Virus record (IMG/VR): IMGVR_UViG_3300045988_121885 | Coordinates: 1 to 35,317 of that record | Origin: a virus | Strand: one strand, 5' to 3' | DNA: 35,317 nucleotides | Part shown: piece after piece, positions 23,141-30,372 of the stretch | Layout: each line of letters opens with the position of its first letter | How positions within the stretch are numbered: position 1 is the first letter of the stretch | Notes under the pieces: generated by a model | Told to the model about the DNA's origin: nothing | Databases searched by the model: none | Seen by the model: only the letters and a program-made list of their open reading frames with translations | Made by a program: the position numbers and the translations under genes

Positions 23141-23145
23141 TTGAA

Positions 23146-23370
23146 TTATAACATTTCTCCAAATATCGCTTCTAATACAGCCACTACGATTGAATTGCCT
23201 GCTTGCTTATATAACTGGCTATTTGAATTTACTTGCGCAACTTTTTCAAAATCTTCATCGTCAAAATCCATAAGCCTAAAGCACTCTTTTGGTGTTAGCT
23301 TGCGTATTCTCACTTGCTCTTTAACTTTCACTTCTTGTTTTAGTTGGCTTTTTCGGTATCTGCTTTTCAA
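23146..23370 (-). pseudogene. C-terminal remnant of a DNA (cytosine-5) methyltransferase
   Basis: IRKLTPKECFRLMDFDDEDF...LYKQAGNSIVVAVLEAI matches C5-MTase motifs IX-X (R-LTP-E-RL--F, GNS/AV). No N-terminal catalytic motifs (FxGxG, PCQ, ENV) occur anywhere upstream. It has only a TTG start. Confidence 0.65.
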
Positions 23371-23458
23371 TGGCAGAGATAGCTATATCTAAACTTTTGC
23401 CGCCAATAATAGGCTGTATGTTTTCGCGAATGTCAATTATCGCTTCTTCGTTTGTCAT
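23321..23458 (-). CDS. Possible 45-aa ORF (MTNEEAIIDIRENIQPIIGGKSLDIAISAIEKQIPKKPTKTRSES), perhaps itself truncated
   Basis: RBS GAGGAAG precedes the ATG at 23458-23456. It overlaps the dcm remnant out of frame. Confidence 0.35.
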   Translation of the reverse strand: MTNEEAIIDIRENIQPIIGGKSLDIAISAIEKQIPKKPTKTRSES

Positions 23459-23470
23459 TCTTCCTCACCG

Positions 23471-23923
23471 TTACCTTTCTTTTTTATGCCTTTTTTTATG
23501 GCAACTTTTGCATAATGTGATAAGATTTTCGGGTTCATCACCCCCACCATTGCAAACAAATTTGATGTGATGAACATTAAGATTTCCGTTATCTATCGGA
23601 ATATAAATACCGTGTTCGTTTTTAAATGCGTTAAATTCTCCGCAATCTTGACAAGTGAAATTATCCCGGTAGAGTATTCGCAATGAATAACTGTCACGAC
23701 CTCTATTCCATACGGTCATATTATTAAACAATCTGCTACATTCTTCCGAGCAAAAAGATGTTCTTCTCCCGCTTAATTCTTTACCACACCACCTGCAATG
23801 TTTTGGTTTAACGTATTGAGGTTTACGAAAATATACCCTTTCGCCCCATTGCTTACTTGCTTCTGACATTGAAGGGAAAGGTCGTCTTGTCCCGTCCCTT
23901 TCCCAATATTTTTGGTACATCAT
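23471..23923 (-). CDS. HNH endonuclease
   Basis: HHIKFVCNGGGDEPENLITLCKSCHKKRH is the HNH motif. Additional Zn-ribbon cysteines: CRWCG, CSEEC, CQDCG. Confidence 0.85.
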   Translation of the reverse strand: MMYQKYWERDGTRRPFPSMSEASKQWGERVYFRKPQYVKPKHCRWCGKELSGRRTSFCSEECSRLFNNMTVWNRGRDSYSLRILYRDNFTCQDCGEFNAFKNEHGIYIPIDNGNLNVHHIKFVCNGGGDEPENLITLCKSCHKKRHKKER

Positions 23924-24123
23924 TCCTCACCCCCTTGCTCAAAAAATCTACAAGCAAAATCTTTTAATCTAATATCGGTTGCCGCACTGCCTGTTATACC
24001 CATTATTTTACACTTATAATGGCTATGCATACCGCATTGTAAATTTATGCAATATTTGCAATCTTTACATCTGTGATAAGTATCATATCCTGCACCCATT
24101 CTAAATTTACTTTTAATTGTCAT
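23920..24123 (-). CDS. Cys-rich hypothetical protein (~67 aa)
   Basis: CKDCKYC...C...C motifs. ATG at 24123-24121, 9 nt after GAGGA. Confidence 0.5.
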   Translation of the reverse strand: MTIKSKFRMGAGYDTYHRCKDCKYCINLQCGMHSHYKCKIMGITGSAATDIRLKDFACRFFEQGGEE

Positions 24124-24125
24124 TT

Positions 24126-24983
24126 TCAATCATCCTCATTTAACATTTTTTCAAACAATTCAAGGTCATAAGCGGCACCTTGCACTTTCCCTTTTTCCAC
24201 TTTTTTATTATCATAATTGCCATCAAGCACTTTTGCAAAATTACTGTCTTTCATCAGCCAATCAAAATTTGCTTGCCAACTGTGATTATTATTTCCCTTT
24301 AAAAAATTGCTCGTTTCAGCTTTAGTAAAAACAGTTCGTATTTGTTCAATATCATATTTGTTTACAAGTGATTTTATGGCGGTTTTTTTCGCATTTGATA
24401 CAGTTTTCACTTTTGGCAATGATGCGCAAATTTCGTTGTATAAGCCAATAATATCGGCAATAATGTTTTCTTTTTTATCTTTTTCTTTATTAGATATATT
24501 ATTATTTTTATTATTTTCAAGCATTTCTATTTTTTTATTTAAGCACTTAATATGTTCTTTTAAAGCATTTGTCTCTTCAATGCTACTTGTTGGTTTTGAG
24601 AGTTGTTGGTTTTGAGAGTTCTTGCTATCTATAATTTTAATTTCAATATCTTCCGCAGATTTTTGCGAAACAATATAGCAGACTTCAATGTGCCAACCGC
24701 TTATTTTTTTCTGATTTCTCGCCTGCACAATATTTATTAAACCATTTTCTTTTAATGTTTGTTTTGTTTTTCTTATTTTTTCACTGCCCCATTTTAAGCA
24801 TTTTTTTACATATTCATCACTTGCTTTTATAACATTCGTTTTTTGCCATTTTGCCGTTTTGTAATAGAATAAATACAAAGCTATGCAATCCGCAGAGTTC
24901 TCAAATTGGTAAATTTTATCAACTGTTGCTTTATGCAAAATAAGTAGATTATCCGAAATATCATTTAGTTTTAATTCTACCAT
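24126..24983 (-). CDS. Replisome organiser / DnaD-like replication protein
   Basis: N-terminal winged-helix-like region. The C-terminal motif SWQANFDWLMKDSNFAKVLDGNYDNK is typical of the C-domain of phage replication-organiser proteins. Confidence 0.65.
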   Translation of the reverse strand: MVELKLNDISDNLLILHKATVDKIYQFENSADCIALYLFYYKTAKWQKTNVIKASDEYVKKCLKWGSEKIRKTKQTLKENGLINIVQARNQKKISGWHIEVCYIVSQKSAEDIEIKIIDSKNSQNQQLSKPTSSIEETNALKEHIKCLNKKIEMLENNKNNNISNKEKDKKENIIADIIGLYNEICASLPKVKTVSNAKKTAIKSLVNKYDIEQIRTVFTKAETSNFLKGNNNHSWQANFDWLMKDSNFAKVLDGNYDNKKVEKGKVQGAAYDLELFEKMLNEDD

Positions 24984-25116
24984 ATTAACTCCTTATAAAC
25001 AAAATCCGTATGCCCCTAATAGTTGCGGTATTAGAGACACGCGGAATTGTGGCTGTTATTCAGTTTTAATCGTTATCCGACCGCAACTCGAATAACAACC
25101 TTTTGTTGATACAATC

Positions 25117-25145
25117 ATTATATCACATATAAGTCATAAAGTCAA
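25117..25145 (-). promoter_or_regulatory. Promoter TTGACT-17-TGaTATAAT upstream of the replisome-organiser gene
   Basis: Minus strand: agataTTGACTttatgacttatatgtgaTATAATgattg. Confidence 0.6.
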
Positions 25146-25354
25146 TATCTTTTACGTTTAGTTCGGCGATTATATTCCTCTACAAAGTCGATTTTCATTC
25201 CACGAATATCACTCTCGGCTTTAGCTTTAACTTTAATTTTAGCCAGCAGTTCATCACGTTTGAGCTTCCATTCCTTGTATGTTTGGCAACACGAATGACA
25301 ATTTGCCGACCTGTTTGTACAGCCTAAGCACGGAGCATTATCATATAAAAGCAT
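25142..25354 (-). CDS. Cys-rich small protein (70 aa)
   Basis: CLGC...CHSCC cluster. ATG 6 nt after GAGGTG. The GTG in the ORF track lies inside the RBS. Confidence 0.55.
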   Translation of the reverse strand: MLLYDNAPCLGCTNRSANCHSCCQTYKEWKLKRDELLAKIKVKAKAESDIRGMKIDFVEEYNRRTKRKRY

Positions 25355-25475
25355 TATAATCACCTCGCAAACGTTCTCTAAATTGCCCTGTGAACAATTT
25401 TTAGTTTAAGACAAGTATTTTATCGCCTAAAGAATAAAAACCGCCACGGAGCCTAAAAGAATTAAGATTTTGGCA

Positions 25476-25916
25476 TTACCACGGCAAATCTCCCGAACCG
25501 TCAAGTATGCTGTCTAACTCATTGCCCGAATTTTTAACACTTACACCCGCATTGTTGAGATTGTTTGCGACTGCATTAAGCGGGTCAGCCTGAACATCAA
25601 CATTAGCCGATTTCTTGTTTTCGGCAAAATAGAAGTTATTGACATTGACCTCATATGCCGTGCGGTTGTTGCCGTCTTTGGCTTGATACTTTCGGGTATA
25701 CAATGAGCCGTCTACGGCAATAAGCTGACCTTTTTTAACATACTTGCTCATTACCTCTGCGCCTTTGTCCCAAATCGTACAAGGTATAAAATCGGTTGTA
25801 TCTTTGCTATACTTACGGTCAACCGCAAGCGTGAAAGAACATACAGATTTTCCACTTGTTGTAGTTTTAAGTTCCAAATCACTGGTTGTACGCCCTAACA
25901 ACTGAATATTATTCAT
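25476..25916 (-). CDS. ssb: Single-stranded DNA-binding protein
   Basis: OB-fold N-terminus MNNIQLLGRTTSDLELKTTTSGKSVCSFTLAV, a Gly/Asn-rich linker, and the acidic tip SGDLPW. Confidence 0.85.
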   Translation of the reverse strand: MNNIQLLGRTTSDLELKTTTSGKSVCSFTLAVDRKYSKDTTDFIPCTIWDKGAEVMSKYVKKGQLIAVDGSLYTRKYQAKDGNNRTAYEVNVNNFYFAENKKSANVDVQADPLNAVANNLNNAGVSVKNSGNELDSILDGSGDLPW

Positions 25917-25929
25917 AATTTATCCCTCT

Positions 25930-26418
25930 CTATACACTTTCGTGTAATATATATTGGTTTAATACTGCCTTGCAAATAGACCATATCATCAGCCCCATTT
26001 CCTCTTTAGGCAAAAAGCAAATGTGCAACCCATACTTAATTTCAAAAGTATGCAAAGCACCGTAAAAAGATTTGGGGTTATAATTGTTCTGATATTTTTG
26101 AGTTATAATATCGTGCCAACCACCGATTTGCTCGATTAAAAGGAATTTATGCGCTTTGTTTTGGGCTCGTTTTAACTCATAATGAAAAGTTTCATTTTGA
26201 ATATTTGTAGCAATCTCGCTAAGACTTGATTTCCTTTCTATCGCGAGTTCATCGGTAAAATAATAGTCAGTTGGAAAACCGAGTTCTTCATTCTTTGGTA
26301 TCATAAAACAATAATCGCCCTCTCTTAATTTACGGTGCTGATAATTTATTTTATGTTTTTCAAAATACGATATTATATGCTCGTTCTTTTTTTCAACAGT
26401 ATCACACACTATTGTCAT
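25930..26418 (-). CDS. ERCC4-type (XPF/Mus81-like) nuclease
   Basis: Motif order D..E (CDTVEKK), REGDYCF, then AIERKSSLSEIATNI. The start is uncertain: ATG at 26418 or TTG at 26430. Confidence 0.65.
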   Translation of the reverse strand: MTIVCDTVEKKNEHIISYFEKHKINYQHRKLREGDYCFMIPKNEELGFPTDYYFTDELAIERKSSLSEIATNIQNETFHYELKRAQNKAHKFLLIEQIGGWHDIITQKYQNNYNPKSFYGALHTFEIKYGLHICFLPKEEMGLMIWSICKAVLNQYILHESV

Positions 26419-26502
26419 ACTTTTTAACAAGGTTTCCCATTGTTTTTTTGTATAATAAGGCTTTATAATTTATAACCCCTTTCTTTTCGTCTTTGCAAAG
26501 GT

Positions 26503-26829
26503 TTATATAAAGTCGCTATCGTCACTGTCAAGGTCACTGGTTAATCCCTCAAAGTCCGCTGTCGGGCTTGCCCCTGTATTCCTCAATAGAGCCGATATGG
26601 AAAAATTATCATAATATTTATCCCCAACTTTATTTGTCTTGATATTGGCTGACTTTATTTCAAGTATTTCCACCATATCACCGACTTTGCACTTAAAATC
26701 GTGATTTTCAGCCCATATTGCAAGCTTTTTATTGCCCTCGGCTTTGAAAAAACACCAATCGCCTTTTGAGCCTGTGCCGGACCGTGTATCAGCCACGGTC
26801 AGTACTGCGCCCTTTTCTATTTTTGCCAT
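26503..26829 (-). CDS. 108-aa protein with an acidic SSB-like C-terminal tail
   Basis: Ends DLDSDDSDFI. The beta-rich N-terminal two thirds may be an OB-like fold (inference). RBS AAGGAG. Confidence 0.6.
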   Translation of the reverse strand: MAKIEKGAVLTVADTRSGTGSKGDWCFFKAEGNKKLAIWAENHDFKCKVGDMVEILEIKSANIKTNKVGDKYYDNFSISALLRNTGASPTADFEGLTSDLDSDDSDFI

Positions 26830-26832
26830 ATA

Positions 26833-27507
26833 TTATTGCTCCTTATTTAATTCGATTGTAACTGTTTGCGGGGTATCAGCTTGATTTGAATAATCAGTAT
26901 ATCCGTAAACATCTTGTATTTCATCTTGTGTTTGATAGCCATACAAAACTTCGGGGCAATATGCTCTTGCAAAAAAGCTGGCGGTTCTGTACCTCATCAT
27001 CTGTTGCGGGTAAACTTGCCATTTTGAGCCTTTTTTATCATACCACCCCTCTTTTTTGGCAAGGTCTATTGATATGACTTCCGAAGTTAAAACCTCGTTA
27101 TCGGATAACCTTGTGGCTTGCGCATAACAAGCCGTTTTTTCTTTGTTAAAAACAAACTTCAAAGGCGTGAATTTATGACAATTATTTATTGCCATAATAG
27201 CATACTGACCCGACCAACCAATTTGACCGTATACCGAATACATATTGTTGAGTATCATTGCCAAAGGCTGATTTGAGCGAATGGCAATATCCATAGCTAC
27301 AAGTATATCTCCTGCTCTGCCCTTAAATCGTTCGGGTATGCTATTACCCTGTGCTAAATTATTTGCAAGTTTAAATTGGAATTTCATTTGTGCCGTATCG
27401 TTCCAAGCTAAACCGCAACTATCGGTTGTTGACATACCGAGACTTGAATTATCAACGGTATTTTCTTCGGAAATTTCCGAGGTTTCAATTATGTTTTCTT
27501 TTTCCAA
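26833..27507 (-). CDS. recT: RecT-family single-strand annealing protein
   Basis: Central region resembles RecT: ...GNSIPERFKGRAGDILVAMDIAIRSNQPLAMILNNMYSVYGQIGWSGQ...MMRYRTASFFARAYCPEVLYG. TTG start 8 nt after AAAGGAGA. Confidence 0.75.
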   Translation of the reverse strand: MEKENIIETSEISEENTVDNSSLGMSTTDSCGLAWNDTAQMKFQFKLANNLAQGNSIPERFKGRAGDILVAMDIAIRSNQPLAMILNNMYSVYGQIGWSGQYAIMAINNCHKFTPLKFVFNKEKTACYAQATRLSDNEVLTSEVISIDLAKKEGWYDKKGSKWQVYPQQMMRYRTASFFARAYCPEVLYGYQTQDEIQDVYGYTDYSNQADTPQTVTIELNKEQ

Positions 27508-27552
27508 ATCTTAAATCTCCTTTATAAAAAACTTTTTTTAATGGCATTTTGT

Positions 27553-28302
27553 TTAACTTATATCTTTCCCAAATAGTACCCTCAATATAGTATTTTCTAA
27601 TTGTTTAATAATATCCCCGCCGTAGGCATTTCGGGTTATGTCGATAAATTCTTGAACAGTAAACATATCGTGTTCGAGGTCATAGCCGCCATTTTTGACA
27701 AATGAATTTCTGCCCATTTTGCACGAGCCAGTCAGTCGATTATGCCAAAGATAAAAGTCTTTTGCAGGATATTTTTTGTTGAGGTCTGAAAATTCTTTGA
27801 GAAATAACTCAATAGCCTCGTCAGTGTCTATATCCTCAAAAATTTTATCTTCCAAATCTTTAAGCGCTTTTTCCAAAGTCTCGCCGTGCGCGAATTTGTT
27901 GTGTCCCTTGACTATATAACAGGGCGATAAACTTAAATCACTATTTAATATAAATCCTTTAGCAACATTGCCTTTAATATGTTTAATTACGGTAGGTATA
28001 CTATCAATTTGATAAACAATATCACCATTTATTGACTTTATGCCGTAGCCGTAGCCGTAGCCGTAGCCGGAGCCGTCGCCGGAGCCGTAGCCGTAGCCGT
28101 AGCCGGAGCCGGAGCCGTAGCCGTAGCCGGAGCCGGAGCCGTCGCCGGAGCCGTAGCCGTAGCCGTAGCCGTCGCCGGAGCCGTAGCCGGAGCCGTAGCC
28201 GGAGCCGGAGCCGGAGCCGTCGCCGGAGCCGGAGCCGTCGCCGTAGCCGGAGCCGGAGCCGTTGTTGACAGACAAAAATTCTTTTATTTTTACCTCTTCC
28301 AT
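27553..28302 (-). CDS. Hypothetical protein with an N-terminal (Gly-X)36 low-complexity domain and a globular C-terminal domain
   Basis: Residues 15-87 alternate G with S, Y or D without a single break. No motif recognised in the C-terminal 160 aa. Confidence 0.75.
   Translation of the reverse strand: MEEVKIKEFLSVNNGSGSGYGDGSGSGDGSGSGSGYGSGYGSGDGYGYGYGSGDGSGSGYGYGSGSGYGYGYGSGDGSGYGYGYGYGIKSINGDIVYQIDSIPTVIKHIKGNVAKGFILNSDLSLSPCYIVKGHNKFAHGETLEKALKDLEDKIFEDIDTDEAIELFLKEFSDLNKKYPAKDFYLWHNRLTGSCKMGRNSFVKNGGYDLEHDMFTVQEFIDITRNAYGGDIIKQLENTILRVLFGKDIS
28042..28260. repeat. Hexanucleotide microsatellite (GCCGNN)x36 encoding the Gly-X tract
   Basis: Only three plus-strand units occur: gccgta, gccgga and gccgtc. 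These give Tyr-Gly, Ser-Gly and Asp-Gly on the minus strand, with a single codon used per amino acid. Confidence 0.95.
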
Positions 28303-28577
28303 TCGCCAACACCTTCAATAGATTTAATTGCGGCTTTACTGCAAGGTATAATTTCTATAACACCCAATATTGCAATTTCGGGAACAACAACAGTAAATTT
28401 GCAAGATGAAGCGGCGTGCGTACCGTCGACTGCTAATTGTGATAAACTCGCAGCGCCGTCCCAATACCATAAACGGCGACAATTAGTTAATGTAACCTCT
28501 GAACCGTTTTTCTCTTTTAGTGTTCCGAAAAACACTCCAGCTCTGTCTGCTCTTATAATTACTTTTTTACCAATCAT
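28290..28577 (-). CDS. Conserved phage protein (DUF6948-like)
   Basis: Pattern VIIRADRAGVFFGTL...CRRLWYWDGAASLSQLA matches my memory of a recurrent phage family. RBS AAGGAG. Confidence 0.6.
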   Translation of the reverse strand: MIGKKVIIRADRAGVFFGTLKEKNGSEVTLTNCRRLWYWDGAASLSQLAVDGTHAASSCKFTVVVPEIAILGVIEIIPCSKAAIKSIEGVGEWKR

Positions 28578-28591
28578 TTCAAAGTCTCCTT

Positions 28592-29341
28592 TTATTTGTT
28601 TTTAATTTTTAATTTTTTAGCAAATGCCTTGTGTAAAGTTAAACAAGCATAGAACAATGACAAATCGTCCTCATATGGTGTCAGCTTATATTTGCCGTCT
28701 TTTTTAAGGTGAAGAATACCTAAAAAGCCCACAGTATCTAGCGACCTTTGGGAAAATATAAACCTCGGGCATAACAAATTTGAATATGCAGGTAATTGTA
28801 TCTGTGCAAGCTGCTTTTTCACTGTACTGCTTGTTTTCAAATCTATTATGGCATATTGCCCAATAAATTCTGAAATATCCGTTTTGCACTGCTTTTTGAC
28901 AGTTTTTGCAAAGTCCTCATCAATCACATATACTCTGTCGAGAGTTCCCGCATAGCCCGCTTCTTCATCGGCGAGTGGTTTTTCAATATAGGTATATTCC
29001 TTGATTTTAAAGTCTTTGCGGAATTTGACATAGGCATTAAGATATTCCACATATTCGGGCGAAATTTCACATTTGCCAGTTTTGTCTAATTCTTCTGTTG
29101 CCTTATGCACCGCCGTTCCGCGCTCACAAGCCTTATCAAGCACATATTTGGATATATCGTTGCCGTATACTTCGCGGCTTGCAAACCTTGATATTTCGGA
29201 AACAGAGGGCAACTCAATGCCGTCAAGTTCGTACCTATGACCCTCGTCAAAGAATTTTAAATTTTTCAAGGTCAGTTTTCCCCCATTCGTCTGCAAGGTC
29301 TTCTTTGTGCATATCAATATATTTTGCTTTCTGCTCTGCAA
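28592..29341 (-). CDS. PD-(D/E)XK-family nuclease (recombination exonuclease partner of RecT)
   Basis: GHRYELDGIELPSVSEI, GTAVHKATEE, GTLDRVYVI and IIDLKTS fit the PDDEXK order. The start is uncertain, since the listed start overlaps the upstream gene by 95 nt; the TTG at 29269 is an alternative. Confidence 0.65.
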   Translation of the reverse strand: MQSRKQNILICTKKTLQTNGGKLTLKNLKFFDEGHRYELDGIELPSVSEISRFASREVYGNDISKYVLDKACERGTAVHKATEELDKTGKCEISPEYVEYLNAYVKFRKDFKIKEYTYIEKPLADEEAGYAGTLDRVYVIDEDFAKTVKKQCKTDISEFIGQYAIIDLKTSSTVKKQLAQIQLPAYSNLLCPRFIFSQRSLDTVGFLGILHLKKDGKYKLTPYEDDLSLFYACLTLHKAFAKKLKIKNK

Positions 29342-29717
29342 TTATTTTCGGATTTTCAATTTCGATAAACTTTAAGACCAATTTTAACAGAGAATTGATT
29401 TTGTCAACATTGCTAAATACTGACAAGGCAAACTCATTTATATTGCCTTTTGTAGTTATCTTTTGCGCAAAATCGAACAAATCATCAGTGCTGTCAAAAT
29501 TATACGCTATGCACTTGTCGCACAAGCCGTTAGTCAGTTCGTCCTCGGTGAAGTATTCCTCACACTCATTGCAAGGGAACGCTTCCTCAAACTCATCAAT
29601 TCCACAATAAGGGCAAATGCCTATTGAATATGCTGTTTGGCTTTCCCCATATGGTACAAATTGTTCGCTTGTTTCGGGCTTTTCAAATGTTCGACCGCAA
29701 TTTTTGCATTTAAACAT
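29247..29717 (-). CDS. Zinc-ribbon protein (156 aa)
   Basis: CKNCG...CPYCG...CNEC...CDKC. The start is moved to MFKCKNCG, 6 nt after GTGAGG. Confidence 0.55.
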   Translation of the reverse strand: MFKCKNCGRTFEKPETSEQFVPYGESQTAYSIGICPYCGIDEFEEAFPCNECEEYFTEDELTNGLCDKCIAYNFDSTDDLFDFAQKITTKGNINEFALSVFSNVDKINSLLKLVLKFIEIENPKIIAEQKAKYIDMHKEDLADEWGKTDLEKFKIL

Positions 29718-29973
29718 TGCTTGCCTCACTTCTGCGCTTTTCGTGTTCTTCCTCATAGGCTTTCGTTAAGTCTTCAAGCTTGCGGTTATAGTCTTCCGGC
29801 AAAAGAGCTTTTATAACATCAGAAGATACATAAAAATCAATGTTTTCATTGATATAATTAAACCTTACATTTGCAAATAAAGCTTCTCTTAACAAGCAAT
29901 GTCTAGTATTTGTTTCCATAATAGCATTATACCGCCCTAATGGAATTGTAACTATATCTGTGCGTTCTCCCAT
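29710..29973 (-). CDS. Hypothetical protein (87 aa)
   Basis: RBS AGGGAG. No motif recognised. Confidence 0.55.
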   Translation of the reverse strand: MGERTDIVTIPLGRYNAIMETNTRHCLLREALFANVRFNYINENIDFYVSSDVIKALLPEDYNRKLEDLTKAYEEEHEKRRSEASNV

Positions 29974-30177
29974 TTATTTCTCCCTCTTTCCTTTCGGCAC
30001 ATCCGGCACCTTATAAGTTAGTTTGTAGATTTCCTGTTGCAATTTAATGTTTTCGCTTTGAAGTTTTTGATAGCGTGCTTTAATTGAACAATATGCGTAA
30101 TGCCATTTATGCACCAATATATAAGCTATGCATATAGCTATTACTGCTAATATTGCAACTATTATAGCCCAAATCAT
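29974..30177 (-). CDS. 67-aa membrane-anchored coiled-coil protein
   Basis: N-terminal TM helix MIWAIIVAILAVIAICIAYILV, then a heptad-like QKLQSENIKLQQEIYKL. Confidence 0.55.
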   Translation of the reverse strand: MIWAIIVAILAVIAICIAYILVHKWHYAYCSIKARYQKLQSENIKLQQEIYKLTYKVPDVPKGKREK

Positions 30178-30342
30178 TTAACCACCCACCTTTCTAAGAA
30201 TTATTTGTTTCCCCACGGTCTCTGCCGTAATCAGCACTGTATCACCGCCGTCAATGCCAAGGGCTTCCCTTATTTCTTTTGGCAGATTGACCGTAACATT
30301 AGTGCCGCTTTTCTGCACTTTTGCCGTTGCTTGCAATTTCAA
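30178..30342 (-). CDS. AbrB/MazE (SpoVT-AbrB) fold DNA-binding protein, first early gene
   Basis: Hand translation: MKLQATAKVQKSGTNVTVNLPKEIREALGIDGGDTVLITAETVGKQIILRKVGG. TTG start 7 nt after GGGGG. Below the ORF-track cut-off. Confidence 0.6.
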   Translation of the reverse strand: MKLQATAKVQKSGTNVTVNLPKEIREALGIDGGDTVLITAETVGKQIILRKVGG

Positions 30343-30372
30343 TTTTTAACCCCCTTTCTTGATTGCAAACTA

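Noticed and set aside
23066-23392. Plus-strand 108-aa ORF across the dcm remnant and promoter region
   Set aside because: It is antisense to a sequence with clear C5-methyltransferase homology, is AT-rich and low-complexity, and has no RBS.
26497-26531. Additional promoter TTGACA-16-TATATA at the 3' end of the 108-aa gene, upstream of the ERCC4 nuclease gene
   Set aside because: The -35 is perfect but the -10 is degenerate, has no TG extension and overlaps the stop codon. It is plausible but weaker than the others, so it is not listed as a feature.
28042-28260. Possible CRISPR array or other spaced-repeat array (also considered for the 18-bp repeats at 15342..15383)
   Set aside because: The tract is a contiguous 6-nt tandem repeat inside a coding frame with no spacers. 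The 18-bp repeats occur only twice. No cas genes or repeat-spacer periodicity occur anywhere.
28022-28318. ORFs encoding (Arg-Leu)n on the minus strand (28022..28318) and (Ser-Arg)n on the plus strand (28032..28268)
   Set aside because: These are alternative-frame readings of the (GCCGNN)x36 microsatellite. The Gly-X frame is the one with an RBS, a start codon and a contiguous globular C-terminal domain.
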